Shown piece by piece: positions 9,201 to 18,702 of a DNA stretch of 64,000 bases (position 1 is its first letter; each line of letters opens with the position of its first letter). Position numbers and translations under genes: made by a program. The stretch covers positions 128,001-192,000 of the forward strand of contig JAZAMN010000024.1 in NCBI GenBank assembly GCA_036229005.1, read 5' to 3'. The notes under the pieces are model-generated. The model did no database searches, was not told the origin of the DNA, and saw only the letters and a program-made list of their open reading frames with translations. This DNA comes from Myxococcota bacterium. GTDB taxonomy: Bacteria; Myxococcota_A; UBA796; CAJQPC01.

Positions 9201-10977
9201 CAACCTGAGCGTCGGCGGGCGGCTGCACGGGGCCTTCTCGGACCTGCGCAGCTCGGTGGCCCTGGAGGACATCGCGCACGCCCCCTGGACCCTGGACAGC
9301 TACCTGCTCGCAGAGGCCGACGCCGCCGAGGTGTTCGTGCTGCCCGGCGCCCTGTGGATCCCCTGGCCGGGCTCCCTGCTGTGGGACAGCGGGTCGGTGA
9401 ACTTCCCGGATCTGGACGGCTCCCAAGAGGACGTCGGCTGGACGGGAGGTCCCGAGGCCTCCGCGCTGGATGGGGACACCGACGGGATGCCGGATGCCTG
9501 GGAGACCTGGTACGGCATCTCGTCCGCAAGCGAGGACAACGACGGCGACACCCTCAGCAACCTGGAGGAGTTCACGCTGGGCACCGACCCGACGCTCTGG
9601 GACAGCGACGGCGACCGGCTCCCCGACGCCAGCGACCCGGATCCGCGGCAGGCCCAAGGAGACGGGCTGAGTCTACGGCTGACGGTGGACGACGCGTTTC
9701 CTCGCTTGGGCCAACAGGTGCTGCTGTCCGTGGCGGGCAGTCAGGATCCCGGAGGGTTGATCCAGGGCGTGTCGTGGGAGGTCCTGGCCCCCTCCTCCTT
9801 CGATCCCCGGTCGGACTGGGTGGAGCAGGGGCAGCAGGCCTGGCTCACCGTGCGGGAGGGCGGCACCTGGCTGGTCCGGGCCACCCTGAACACACAGGAC
9901 GGCGAGTCCCTGACGCAGGAGCTGCTGATCCATCCCCAGGGCGACGTGGTGACGGTGCCGCTCAGCTCGAACCTGCAGCGCGCGGTGGACGAGGCGCTCC
10001 CGGGACAGGTGCTGGAGCTGCAGAGCGGGCCCCGCGAGATCTCCGGGCTGGTGGTGGACAAGGACCTGGTGATCCGCCACGAAGAGGGGGCCGACGGGGC
10101 GCTGAACTCCGACCTGCTGGCGCCCATCCTGACGGTCAGCGGCGGCGCGCGGGTGCGCGTGGAGGGGATCACGCTGCGCGGCGGGACGGAGCTGCCGGTG
10201 CTCAAGGTGACCGACGGGGCCACGCTGGAGCTGCGGGCGGCCTCCGTGATCGGGGGCGACGTGAACGTGCTGGTCAATGGGGCCGAGCTGGACGCGCGGA
10301 ACACCCTGTTCTCCCTGCCCTCGGTGGGGGTGGTGGAGGGCTTGGCGGAGAGCCGGCTGACGCTGGTGAACTGCAACCTGGGGTGGACCCAGGATGAGGA
10401 CTCGGCCCAGGGGCTGGTGCTGCTGGCGAACAGCAGGACGGTGATCCAGAGCTCCATCCTGGAGTGGCAGGGGGGCTCCTGGAAGACCTGCCTGGAGGAG
10501 CCCTGTGGGCTGGTGATCGACCACAGCCTGATCGCGCTGGGTTCCGTGGACCGCAGCCTGGACGTGGACTGGAGCCGCAGCGAGGTGGGGGAGCCCGGGT
10601 TCCTGCGGGCGCCTGATCAGGACCTCAACCCCGGCGCCGCCGACATGCGCCTGGGGCCGGGGGACGCTCGGGACGCGGGGCCCGATGGGATGCTGGATCC
10701 GGACGGGAGCCCCCTGGACCTGGGGATCTACGGCGGGGACTTCGCGGACTGGCTGGACGTGGACAACGATCGGGACGGGTTCACCAACCTGGAGGGGGAC
10801 TGCGATGACTGGAACCCGGAGCTGGCGCCCGATCTGCTGAGCGGAGAATGCAGGGCGCCCCGGGGTTGCTCAAGCACTGGAAACAGCGGGGTTCTCTGGG
10901 TGGCGCTGGGTGGCCTGCTGGTGGCGCTTTCAAGGAGTTGGCGCTGGGGCGAGGCGGCCCGCAGACGGATCGATTAG
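6280..10977 (+). CDS. Large secreted surface protein with beta-helix-like, Asp-rich Ca-binding and PKD-like modules and a MYXO-CTERM-like tail
   Basis: Signal peptide; four DxDGSxxDxGxxGG motifs; DSDGDGLxD repeats; DASGSSDPSGD PKD-like motif; C-terminal GCSS-hydrophobic-RSWR. Confidence 0.8.
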   Translation: MGLMLWILFLGWPAAQAARITVDSSGAGDYSTLAAALTAAGPGDYIAIEPGTYSTGSTTSGWSGAIVGLGASPEDTVLSGGTPLWVSSGDSLRLDNLQLSGSTTALRNEGTLEATRVFLHATGSYALYNNGQGELRAFRSVGGWIYGASGTLELSHYSAVDSRVYLSSGVSGSLEHVVSWDSPVYSCSRTTPLSYALYDSASTAMPSCVVTTSVYAGFDLDWTAFSDDGDPSNDDLTPLSTSLAIDGGDPGCKDVDGSVCDLGFTGGPLGSDTDSDSDGLPDSWEVRKGTSTASADGDADPDGDGLDNLGEWLFGCDPQSADSDGDGVEDLSELQSGADPLDPTDQGPTAALLGPSEVRVGQTLGVDASGSSDPSGDALSYRFYLASAPAGTALTDADLSASGASAELVPDLPGTWTIGVEVSDASSSDSVELEIRVLAEGSTLRVPDDVATLDEALPLLESGMTLELGAGDYALSGQDLVGLQGLRIVGAGREQTNLELTTYLPAADLQLQDLYIDASTQVYGAVLTNSTSSLELYRVDLVAGSYGIYASAGAVVSVLDSSIRADSRAVFANNLQLLAIGQSRVGGAGVGLYVQTSPTVLQGVLLDASQGIYSSDVFRGSHLTFIEETSSSLYGVGVRADHVYLGGTSPMSCRSDGLLEHVIVRGVGQDPVGCDPLFLQYEAAGLGSGGVPEPTSLAWDGGSWAQTDADGSRADVGWTGGPLGQAVRLELDPWEDRDGDTLSALTERILGSDDGALDSDGDGLGDHGEVLSGLDPADPSDGMPRFAPRPVRLDGSAVSLELSAEDPQGEKCSLSWDDGEEGFRRELPASGEPVEVLGYTLRCGEGSLRGEQLVIREQSLRVPEDQPTLEAALAIAEDHHRILLGEGTWALEEGDLRGRHVAIQGLGGAEIQGELLLDGPAALLTDLAISGDVQVQGGSLQRLEIDGSLRSQSAWLRNLQVSGDVDGLERASAANLSVGGRLHGAFSDLRSSVALEDIAHAPWTLDSYLLAEADAAEVFVLPGALWIPWPGSLLWDSGSVNFPDLDGSQEDVGWTGGPEASALDGDTDGMPDAWETWYGISSASEDNDGDTLSNLEEFTLGTDPTLWDSDGDRLPDASDPDPRQAQGDGLSLRLTVDDAFPRLGQQVLLSVAGSQDPGGLIQGVSWEVLAPSSFDPRSDWVEQGQQAWLTVREGGTWLVRATLNTQDGESLTQELLIHPQGDVVTVPLSSNLQRAVDEALPGQVLELQSGPREISGLVVDKDLVIRHEEGADGALNSDLLAPILTVSGGARVRVEGITLRGGTELPVLKVTDGATLELRAASVIGGDVNVLVNGAELDARNTLFSLPSVGVVEGLAESRLTLVNCNLGWTQDEDSAQGLVLLANSRTVIQSSILEWQGGSWKTCLEEPCGLVIDHSLIALGSVDRSLDVDWSRSEVGEPGFLRAPDQDLNPGAADMRLGPGDARDAGPDGMLDPDGSPLDLGIYGGDFADWLDVDNDRDGFTNLEGDCDDWNPELAPDLLSGECRAPRGCSSTGNSGVLWVALGGLLVALSRSWRWGEAARRRID

Positions 10978-11011
10978 CGCCTGTTCCAGCACCCCTGGAA
11001 CCGGAGCGCCC

Positions 11012-12220
11012 ATGCGCGTGTTGATCGCCGACAAGCTGCCTGACACCTTCCGCACCCTCCTTCAGGAGGCCCAGGCCGAGGTGGTGGTGGACGCCAGCCT
11101 CAAGGGGGACGCGCTCAGCGCTGCCCTGGCCGAGCACGACCCGGACGTGCTGGTGGTTCGCTCGACCAAGGTGCAGGCCGAGCAGCTCGCGGCGGCCAAG
11201 AGCCTGCAGCTCATCGTGCGCGGCGGCGCCGGCGTGAACACCATCGACCTGGAGGGGGCCTCCGCCAAGGGCGTGTTCGTCTCCAACTGCCCGGGCATGA
11301 ACGCGGTGGCGGTCGCGGAGCTCACCTTCGGGCACCTGCTGAACATCGACCGGGGCATCGCCGACGGCGTCGCGGACCTGCGCGCCGGCAAGTGGCGCAA
11401 GGGGCACTACTCCAAGGCCGGCGAGGGGCTCAAGGGCAAGACCCTGGGCATCGTCGGCATGGGCAGCATCGGCAAGGAGGTCGCCCGGCGCGCGCGGGCC
11501 TTCGAGATGGAGGTCGTCGCCTCCAGCCCCAGCCTGACCCCCGAGAAGGCCGCCGCCCTGGGCGTTGGCTACGCCAGCGACGCCATCGAGGTCGCCCGGC
11601 AGTCCGACGTGCTCAGCGTGCACTGCGCCCTGACCCCCTCCACCCGCGGCCTGATCGGGCGGGCTGTCCTGGAGGCTCTGCGGCCCGGCGCCATCTTCAT
11701 CAACACCACCCGGGGCCCCGTGGTGGACGAGGACGCCCTGCAGTGGGCGATCTCCGAGCGAGGTCTCCGGTGTGGCCTCGACGTGTTCGTCGGGGAGCCC
11801 AACGCGAAGGAAGAGGACTGGACCCACCCGCTGGTCCAGAGCGATCAGGTCTGGGGCACCCACCACATCGGCGCCAGCACCCGTCAGGCCCAGCAGGCCG
11901 TCGCGGATGAGGCCCTGCGGGTGATCCTGCAGTGGGCCGAGACCGGGGACGCGCCCAACTGCGTGAACCTGGCCGCCGTGACCCCCGCCACCCACATGCT
12001 CGCCGTGCGGCACGCGGACAAGGTGGGCGTGCTCGCCGCCATCCTGCGCGTGCTCGCGGAGCAGTCCATCAACGTCGAGGGCATGGAGAACATCGTCTTC
12101 TCCGGCGCCCAGGCCGCTCTGGCCCGCATCCAGATCTCCGCCCCGCTGGACGAGGCCGGCCTGGGATCGCTCCAGACGCTCGACGGCATCTTCAACGCCC
12201 AGCAGCTCTCCCTGTCCTGA
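11012..12220 (+). CDS. serA: D-3-phosphoglycerate dehydrogenase with C-terminal ACT domain
   Basis: GAGVNTID, GIVGMGSIG, NTTRG, DVFVGEP, HIGAST; ACT-like HADKVGVLA; adjacent to serC; start refined to ATG 11012. Confidence 0.9.
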   Translation: MRVLIADKLPDTFRTLLQEAQAEVVVDASLKGDALSAALAEHDPDVLVVRSTKVQAEQLAAAKSLQLIVRGGAGVNTIDLEGASAKGVFVSNCPGMNAVAVAELTFGHLLNIDRGIADGVADLRAGKWRKGHYSKAGEGLKGKTLGIVGMGSIGKEVARRARAFEMEVVASSPSLTPEKAAALGVGYASDAIEVARQSDVLSVHCALTPSTRGLIGRAVLEALRPGAIFINTTRGPVVDEDALQWAISERGLRCGLDVFVGEPNAKEEDWTHPLVQSDQVWGTHHIGASTRQAQQAVADEALRVILQWAETGDAPNCVNLAAVTPATHMLAVRHADKVGVLAAILRVLAEQSINVEGMENIVFSGAQAALARIQISAPLDEAGLGSLQTLDGIFNAQQLSLS

Positions 12221-12234
12221 GAGGAGGACCCCCC

Positions 12235-13311
12235 ATGGCCCGCATCCACAACTTCTCCGCCGGACCCGCCGTCCTGCCCGAGTCCGTCATCGCCCAGCTC
12301 AAGGACCAGCTCCTGGAGTACGGCGACAGCGGCATCGGCCTGATGGAGATGAGCCACCGCTCCGCCGAGTTCTCCGCGCTCATGGACACCGCTCAGGCCC
12401 GCGTTCGCCGGGTGCTGGGCGTCTCAGACGCCCACCAGGTGCTCTTCCTCCAGAACGGCGCCAGCGGCCAGTTCCTGTCCGTGCCCAACAACCTGCTCCA
12501 GGGCGGCGCGGCGGACTACCTGGACACCGGCACCTGGTCCAAGAAGGCCATCAAGGAGGCCAAGCGCTTCGGGCAGGTCAACGTGCCCTTCTCGGCGGCC
12601 GAGAGCGGCTACGACCGCGTCCCCGCCTCCTGGGAGGCCACGCCTGGCGCGGTGTACACCCACTACACGTCCAACAACACGGTCGCGGGCACCCAGTACG
12701 CGGACATCCCGACCGAGTACAGCGGCCTGCTGGTGTGTGACGCCAGCTCCGACATCGCCAGCCGCCCCCTGGACTACAGCAAGATCGACGTGCTCTACGC
12801 CGGCGCCCAGAAGAACCTGGGGCCCTCCGGCGTGACCCTGGTCGTGCTCTCCCCCGAGGCCGTGGAGCGCGCCGCCGCCAGCGACGCCCCCACCATGCTG
12901 GCCTGGCAGACCCACATCAAGGCCAAGAAGCAGCTCTTCAACACCCCCAACACCCTGGGCATCTACGTGCTCGAGCGCGTGCTGGCCTGGGTCGAAGAGC
13001 AGGGCCTGGAGGCCATCGGCCAGACCAACGCCCGCAAGGCCGGCGCCCTGTACGGGCTGCTGGACAGCAGCGACTTCTGGAAGCCCCACGCCCAGCAGGG
13101 CTCCCGCAGCCTGATGAACGTCACCTGGCGCCTGGCGGACCAGTCGCTGGAGGGCACCCTGGTGGCCCAGGCCGAGGCCGCAGGATTCTCCGGAATCAAG
13201 GGCCACCGGAGCGTGGGCGGACTACGTGCGAGCATCTACAACGCCTGTCCCGAGGAGAGCGTGACCGCATTGGTCGACTTCCTGCGGGACTTCGAGCGCA
13301 GCCACGGCTGA
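12235..13311 (+). CDS. serC: Phosphoserine aminotransferase
   Basis: NFSAGPAVLP, EMSHRS, YAGAQKNLGPSG, GHRSVGGLRASIYNA; GAGGAGG RBS. Confidence 0.96.
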   Translation: MARIHNFSAGPAVLPESVIAQLKDQLLEYGDSGIGLMEMSHRSAEFSALMDTAQARVRRVLGVSDAHQVLFLQNGASGQFLSVPNNLLQGGAADYLDTGTWSKKAIKEAKRFGQVNVPFSAAESGYDRVPASWEATPGAVYTHYTSNNTVAGTQYADIPTEYSGLLVCDASSDIASRPLDYSKIDVLYAGAQKNLGPSGVTLVVLSPEAVERAAASDAPTMLAWQTHIKAKKQLFNTPNTLGIYVLERVLAWVEEQGLEAIGQTNARKAGALYGLLDSSDFWKPHAQQGSRSLMNVTWRLADQSLEGTLVAQAEAAGFSGIKGHRSVGGLRASIYNACPEESVTALVDFLRDFERSHG

Positions 13312-13326
13312 GACAGGGAGTTCCCG

Positions 13327-13617
13327 ATGAGCGAGAGCAACGAAGAGACCATCATCCTGGTCGACGCCCAGGGCAACGAGGCCGAGTTCATGCTGCTTGG
13401 CTTGGTCGAGCTGGAGGACGATGGCGAGTTCGCCATGCTCACCTCCGTCGCCGACCTGGACGCCGACGATGACGTGCCCATGGAGATCTACATCTTCCAC
13501 TACGACGTGGACGAGGACGGCGCCGAGAGCTTCGTCCCCGTGGAGGACGAGGAGCTCGTCGAGCGCGTGGCCGCCGTCGCGCGCCCCGTGTTCGAGGGTG
13601 AAGAGGGCGAGGAGTAG
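13327..13617 (+). CDS. Small acidic protein, DUF1292-like
   Basis: IILVDAQGNEAEF...EFAML...PVEDEEL pattern. Confidence 0.65.
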   Translation: MSESNEETIILVDAQGNEAEFMLLGLVELEDDGEFAMLTSVADLDADDDVPMEIYIFHYDVDEDGAESFVPVEDEELVERVAAVARPVFEGEEGEE

Positions 13618-13723
13618 CCCCCGCAGACAGCGACAGCGCGCCCCTTGAGGGCAACGGTCACAGCCGCCTGACACACCTGTCGGCTGGGGCTTGTTAGACT
13701 CCCGCGACTTGCGAGGACCCCCC

Positions 13724-14905
13724 ATGCGCCTTTCGCTGCTGCTTGCCTGCCTCAGCCTCCCCCTCATCTCTTCCACCGCCTTCGCCCAGGACGAGGACGA
13801 GGACGGCTTCGACCTCGACGACTTCGACGAGGAAGAGGAGGACGAGGAGGAGGTCGAGCGCCTCGACGCCCCCGCTGAGGGCGACGAGGACTCCCTGGAC
13901 ATGCCCGACGAGGACGAGTTCGATGACCTCGACTTTGGCGGCGATCCCGAGGATGAGGAGCTGGACTTCGACTCGGAGCTCGACGAGCTGGGCGAGGACG
14001 AGATCGGCGGTGAGGGCGAGGACAACGTCGGCATCTACCGCGACTTCGTCGACAACATGGACGATCTGGGCCCCGAAGAGGAGCTGATCGCCTGGGAGCG
14101 CTACCTCGAGGAGTACCCGAACACCCTGTTCCGGGATCGCATCGAGCGCCGCATGGATGAGATCACCGAGGGTCTCTACGGCCAGCGCATCCGCGATCCC
14201 AACGCCGGCTACAAGGACGCCAAGGATCAGGAGATCGAGCTCGCGCGCCCCCTGGTGCTGGAGAACATCGATCCCCGCACCCACGGGCACATCTCCGTGG
14301 AGCTGGGCATCCCGGCCTACCTGAGCGGCAACGCCGAGGTCGAGTACGCCCTGGCCCGCCAGATGAGCGTGCGCGCCGCCTACCGCAACCGCTACACCGG
14401 CGGGAACCTCGAGGTCGGCGCCAAGTACGCGTTCATCAAGTCCAAGCGCCTGAACCTGATCGCGACGGGCATCGCGGACTTCCGCTACAACACCGACCCC
14501 GGCTACCCCGCCTTCCGGCCCCAGGTCGCGGTCGGCAAGGTGTTCGACATCGGCGGCGGGCTGCACGTCCAGGCCCAGGGCGGTGTGGATCTGGAGCTGG
14601 GGCGCGATCCCTTCTCGATGCGCTACGTGGGCGGCGCGAACATCACCTACATCGCCAGCGAGACGGTGCAGGTCTTCGCGGAGGGGAGCCTCAACTACAA
14701 GGACTCCCAGCTCCCCGGGGACTACCCGAACTTCCAGTTCCACGTCCTGACCTTCGGCATCAAGTTCGTGCCGGGCGGCCAGCCCATGACCGCGGGCCTC
14801 GCTGCCAACGTGCCGGTGGCCTACCAGTACTGGGGCTACCACTTTGGCGCGGTGCAGGCTGATCTCAACTACTACGCAGACGACCTCCTCCCCAAGGTCT
14901 TCTGA
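13724..14905 (+). CDS. Secreted or outer-membrane protein with a very acidic N-terminus and a beta-rich C-terminal domain
   Basis: Signal peptide ending AFA-Q; D/E tract; alternating aromatic strands; strong codon bias. Confidence 0.7.
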   Translation: MRLSLLLACLSLPLISSTAFAQDEDEDGFDLDDFDEEEEDEEEVERLDAPAEGDEDSLDMPDEDEFDDLDFGGDPEDEELDFDSELDELGEDEIGGEGEDNVGIYRDFVDNMDDLGPEEELIAWERYLEEYPNTLFRDRIERRMDEITEGLYGQRIRDPNAGYKDAKDQEIELARPLVLENIDPRTHGHISVELGIPAYLSGNAEVEYALARQMSVRAAYRNRYTGGNLEVGAKYAFIKSKRLNLIATGIADFRYNTDPGYPAFRPQVAVGKVFDIGGGLHVQAQGGVDLELGRDPFSMRYVGGANITYIASETVQVFAEGSLNYKDSQLPGDYPNFQFHVLTFGIKFVPGGQPMTAGLAANVPVAYQYWGYHFGAVQADLNYYADDLLPKVF

Positions 14906-14958
14906 GCGCGCCCGAGACGCTGCCCCGGACCCGGGGCGGCGTGGGCTAGGGTCTCGCC

Positions 14959-16854
14959 ATGTGGCTGCTGCTTTCGACCCTGGTCCGCGCGCAGAGCGTT
15001 CAGCTCATCGAGGACAGCTTCACCGTCCACACCAAGGTCTCCCTCCAGGTCCGGGTGACCGCGGGCGCGGACGGCTTCCAGGCCGGCGACGTGCTGGTGA
15101 TCGACGACCCTGTCCTCCACGGCGCCCGCTGGGTCAAGTGGGGCTGGCTCAGCCACCGCGGCGTGGGCGTTTGCAGCCCCATCAAGGAGGACTGGGACGG
15201 CTCCTCCGCTGGCCGCATCGCCGCATTCGGGCCCCAGGGCGAGTCCCTGGAGGTCCTGCACACCCTGGACGACGCCGAGATCCACGAGGCCGGGCAGGTG
15301 CTCGTCACCCTGGACGCCGACATCGCCCCCGGGGAGAGCGTGCGCATCGCTCTGGGGACCGAGGAGGAGGGGGGGGACTGTGGCTGGCAGACCCCGGTAC
15401 GTGCCTTCGACAACATCCCCCTCCCCATCTCGTATTGGCCTCTGGGTGCAGACGAGGACACGCTGATCGACGCCCCCCTGGTGCACATCCTGGCCGAAGA
15501 GGAGGTCGACCAGTGGGTGGTCTCGGTGACCTCGCAGGCGGCCGTGGGTGAAGAGGTTGTGGTGCGGGCCGCGCCGCTGGATCGGTGGGGAAACCTGGCG
15601 CGAGGGCAGGAGATCCTCCTCTCCTCCCACCGCTTCGAGGCCGAGGGCGTGCAGCGCATCCCGGTGGAGGTCGACGGGGAGACCCTCTGGTCGAACCCCG
15701 TGCGCGTGACCCAGGAGCCCCTGGACTGGGGCGTGTTCTGGGGGGACCTGCACACCCACCACGGGCACAGCTACGAGACCGAGGCCGGGGACTGGGTGGA
15801 CCAGAACCACGACTATGCCCGGGACGTCGTGGGCCTGGACTTTGGCTGCGAGTCAGTGAAGCTGGCGCCCACCGAGATCGACGGCGAGGCCCTCTGGGAG
15901 CGGGTCCAGCGGAGCTGCGAGGCCTACAGCGTGGACGGCGACTACCTGGCGCTGCTGGGCTTTGAGTGGATGGGCGCGGGCTCGGGGGCCGGGCACCACA
16001 ACGTCTACTACGAGAGCTGCGAGGGCCCCTACCTGGAGCAGGAGGCGCTGGTCGACCTGGAGGACGGGCTGTGGCCCTTCATGGAGCAGACCATGGCCGA
16101 GACCGGCCAGCTCATGGTCTCCGTCCCGCACGCGCCCTCCTTCACGGGCTTTGACTGGGAGGTCCAGGACGACACCCTGCGCCCGGTGGCCGAGGTCTTC
16201 TCGGAGTGGGGCAGCTCCATGGACCCCCAGCGCGCCGGCAGCGTCCCCGAGGGCCTGAGCGGCGGGCAGCGCCTGGGCTTCATCGCCAGCTCCGACAACC
16301 ACGACGGCTGGCTGGGCAACAGCGCCGCCCGAAAGAACACCCAGGGTGGCCTGGCCGCGATCCTGGCCCCCGAGCTCTCCCCTGGCGCCCTGCTCAGCAG
16401 CCTGCAGAACCGCGCCACCTACGCCACCACCGGTGCCCGCATCCTGCTGGAGCTGGTCGCGTGGGAGCAGGACAGCCCGCACCCCATGGGCAGCAGCTTC
16501 GTCAGCCGGGACGCGCGCTTTGACTGGAAGGTGCACGGGACGGACACCATCGAGCGCGTGCGCCTGGTCTATGCCCCCGTCGGCGCCCAGGAGAGCGGGG
16601 TGGAGTGGGCCCGGTGGAGCCCCAGCGCCCTGGACGCCGAGGGCAGCGCGCAGGTCCCCTACAGCCCCCGGGAGCTGGCCGTCTGGCTGGAGGTCACCCA
16701 GGTCGACCAGGAGATGGCCTGGAGCTCGCCGATCTGGCTGGAGCGAGAGGCCGCGGTCACTGGCTGCGCGGGCTCTCCGGTGGGGGCGTTGGCGCTGCTG
16801 GGCGGCCTGGGCCTGGGCCTCGGGATCTCTCGGCGGCGGCGGCCAGCGGGTTAG
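14959..16854 (+). CDS. DUF3604/PHP-like metallohydrolase with MYXO-CTERM-like tail
   Basis: WGDLHTH, GFEW, GHHNV, GFIASSDNHDG, YATTG; C-terminal GC-hydrophobic-RRRR. Confidence 0.8.
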   Translation: MWLLLSTLVRAQSVQLIEDSFTVHTKVSLQVRVTAGADGFQAGDVLVIDDPVLHGARWVKWGWLSHRGVGVCSPIKEDWDGSSAGRIAAFGPQGESLEVLHTLDDAEIHEAGQVLVTLDADIAPGESVRIALGTEEEGGDCGWQTPVRAFDNIPLPISYWPLGADEDTLIDAPLVHILAEEEVDQWVVSVTSQAAVGEEVVVRAAPLDRWGNLARGQEILLSSHRFEAEGVQRIPVEVDGETLWSNPVRVTQEPLDWGVFWGDLHTHHGHSYETEAGDWVDQNHDYARDVVGLDFGCESVKLAPTEIDGEALWERVQRSCEAYSVDGDYLALLGFEWMGAGSGAGHHNVYYESCEGPYLEQEALVDLEDGLWPFMEQTMAETGQLMVSVPHAPSFTGFDWEVQDDTLRPVAEVFSEWGSSMDPQRAGSVPEGLSGGQRLGFIASSDNHDGWLGNSAARKNTQGGLAAILAPELSPGALLSSLQNRATYATTGARILLELVAWEQDSPHPMGSSFVSRDARFDWKVHGTDTIERVRLVYAPVGAQESGVEWARWSPSALDAEGSAQVPYSPRELAVWLEVTQVDQEMAWSSPIWLEREAAVTGCAGSPVGALALLGGLGLGLGISRRRRPAG

Positions 16855-16879
16855 GCCAGCCCCCCAATCAGGAGCTCCC

Positions 16880-17734
16880 GTGTCCTTCTCCACCGTCACC
16901 GTCATCGGCGCAGGCACCATGGGCCATGGCATCGCCCACGTCGCCGCCCTCGCCGGCGCCCAGGTCCGCCTCTACGACCTGCAGCAGCCCGCCCTGGACA
17001 AGGGCCTGTCCGCCATCCAGGCCAACATGGACAAGGGCGTGGCCCGGGGCAAGCTCGCCGCCGAAGACGCCCAGGCTGGCCTCGCGCGCATCCAGGGCTT
17101 CACCGATTTGGCGGGGGCCTGCGAGGGGACCGAGCTCGTGGTCGAGGCGGTGCCCGAGAAGCTGGAGCTCAAGCAGAGCCTCTTCTCCCAGGTCCAGGGC
17201 CTGGTCAGCGCCGACTGCGTGCTGGGGACCAACACCAGCTCCCTGTCCATCGCCAAGATCGCCCAGGCCGTCGAGCAGGGGGACCGGGTCATCGGGCTGC
17301 ACTTCTTCAACCCCGTCCACATCATGAAGCTCCTGGAGATCGTGGTGCACCCCGGCACCAGCGAGGACACCCTGGCCCGCTGCCGCGCCTGGGGCGCCCA
17401 GATCGGCAAGGAGTGCATCACCGTCCAGGACTTCCCGGGCTTCGCCACCTCCCGCCTGGGCGTCTGCCTGGGCATGGAGGCCATCCGCATGGTCGAGCAG
17501 GGCGTCGCCAGCCCCCAGGACATCGACACCGCCATGGTGCTCGGCTACCGCCACCCCATCGGCCCCCTCAAGCTCACCGACCTGGTGGGCCTGGACGTGC
17601 GCATGCACATCGGCGAGTACCTGGCTGAGAAGCTGGACAACCCCGCGTTCAAGCCCCCCCAGCTCATGAAGGACATGGTCGCCCAGGGCAAGCTCGGCAA
17701 GAAGGCCGGCCAGGGCTTCTACGACTGGGAGTGA
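16880..17734 (+). CDS. 3-hydroxyacyl-CoA (3-hydroxybutyryl-CoA) dehydrogenase
   Basis: GAGTMGHGIA, EAVPE, NTSSL, HFFNP, DLVGLDV, GKKAGQGFY; GTG start after AGGAG. Confidence 0.93.
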   Translation: MSFSTVTVIGAGTMGHGIAHVAALAGAQVRLYDLQQPALDKGLSAIQANMDKGVARGKLAAEDAQAGLARIQGFTDLAGACEGTELVVEAVPEKLELKQSLFSQVQGLVSADCVLGTNTSSLSIAKIAQAVEQGDRVIGLHFFNPVHIMKLLEIVVHPGTSEDTLARCRAWGAQIGKECITVQDFPGFATSRLGVCLGMEAIRMVEQGVASPQDIDTAMVLGYRHPIGPLKLTDLVGLDVRMHIGEYLAEKLDNPAFKPPQLMKDMVAQGKLGKKAGQGFYDWE

Positions 17735-17797
17735 CGCGGCGCGTCGTGGGGGGACGCGGGCAGCCACCGGGCTCCCCCCCAGGGCGGGGTTCTGCGT

Positions 17798-17813
17798 TGG
17801 CACGGCCGTTGCT
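17798..17813 (+). promoter_or_regulatory. Sigma54 -24/-12 promoter
   Basis: TGGCACG-GCCG-TTGCT, a perfect match to the consensus TGGCACG-N4-TTGCW; intergenic, 77 bp upstream of ATG 17891. Confidence 0.8.
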
Positions 17814-17890
17814 GAGCCGGGGTGCGGGCCTCTCCGGATTGGATGGGAGGGTCCGCTCCCTTCTACTGCGCCAAATCTGGAGCTGTCCCA

Positions 17891-18634
17891 ATGAAGTTCG
17901 CTGTTCGCCTGCTCGCGCTCTGCCTGCTGCTGCTCACCACCCTGACCTTGGGCAGCTCCCAGGCCCACGCCTCCGAGGCCCCCCCTGCCGTCGCCGAGAG
18001 CGCCGAGACCCCGCCCACCGAGGCCCCGTCCAGCGAGACCGCCACCGAGCGCTACCTCTACAAGCCCGTCATCGACGGCAGCAAGCTGCGCCCGGGCGTG
18101 TACCGATTCCTGACCCAGGATCGGCCCTACAACCTGGGCCTGATGGTCGTCGCCGGCCTGGGCTTCGGCGTGGTGGGCACCGCCGGCGGGCTTGTCCTGG
18201 CGGCCCCGTTCCTCTTCATGACCTTCGACGTCATCGCCGGGGTGCTGATCACGGGGGGGCTCACCCTGGGCACCGGCTACGGGATCTGGAAGCACAGCGG
18301 GAACGCACCCTTCTACGCCATCGCCGCGGGGATCGCGGCCCTCGGGAACCTGGTCGCGGTGCCCCTGTCGGTGGTGATCCTGTTCGCGGGGGTCGTCGCC
18401 TTCCTCGGCGGGACCCTGACCCCTCTGCTGGTCTCGATGGGGATCTTCGTCGCGACGGTCGCCATCGCTGGCCTGGTCGGCGGCATCGCCATCGCCGCCC
18501 TCAACAAGCGCTTCCCTCAGCAGCGCGTCAAGGTCACCCCGCCCCAAGACGAAGCCCGCATCTGGCAGCTCCGCCGGCTCCGCCCCTCCGCACTTCGAAG
18601 CGCCGCTGCAGGGCTGGCTCTGAGCCCCGTCTGA
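17891..18634 (+). CDS. Multi-pass membrane protein (paralog of 19379-20044)
   Basis: Signal peptide AHA-SEAPP; Gly/Ala-rich hydrophobic helices. Confidence 0.7.
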   Translation: MKFAVRLLALCLLLLTTLTLGSSQAHASEAPPAVAESAETPPTEAPSSETATERYLYKPVIDGSKLRPGVYRFLTQDRPYNLGLMVVAGLGFGVVGTAGGLVLAAPFLFMTFDVIAGVLITGGLTLGTGYGIWKHSGNAPFYAIAAGIAALGNLVAVPLSVVILFAGVVAFLGGTLTPLLVSMGIFVATVAIAGLVGGIAIAALNKRFPQQRVKVTPPQDEARIWQLRRLRPSALRSAAAGLALSPV

Positions 18635-18702
18635 GCGTGGGACCGGGCTAGGGACCGTGGCCTTCGCGCCGGCGATAGAGTGCCGGAAACACCGGAGTCC
18701 CT

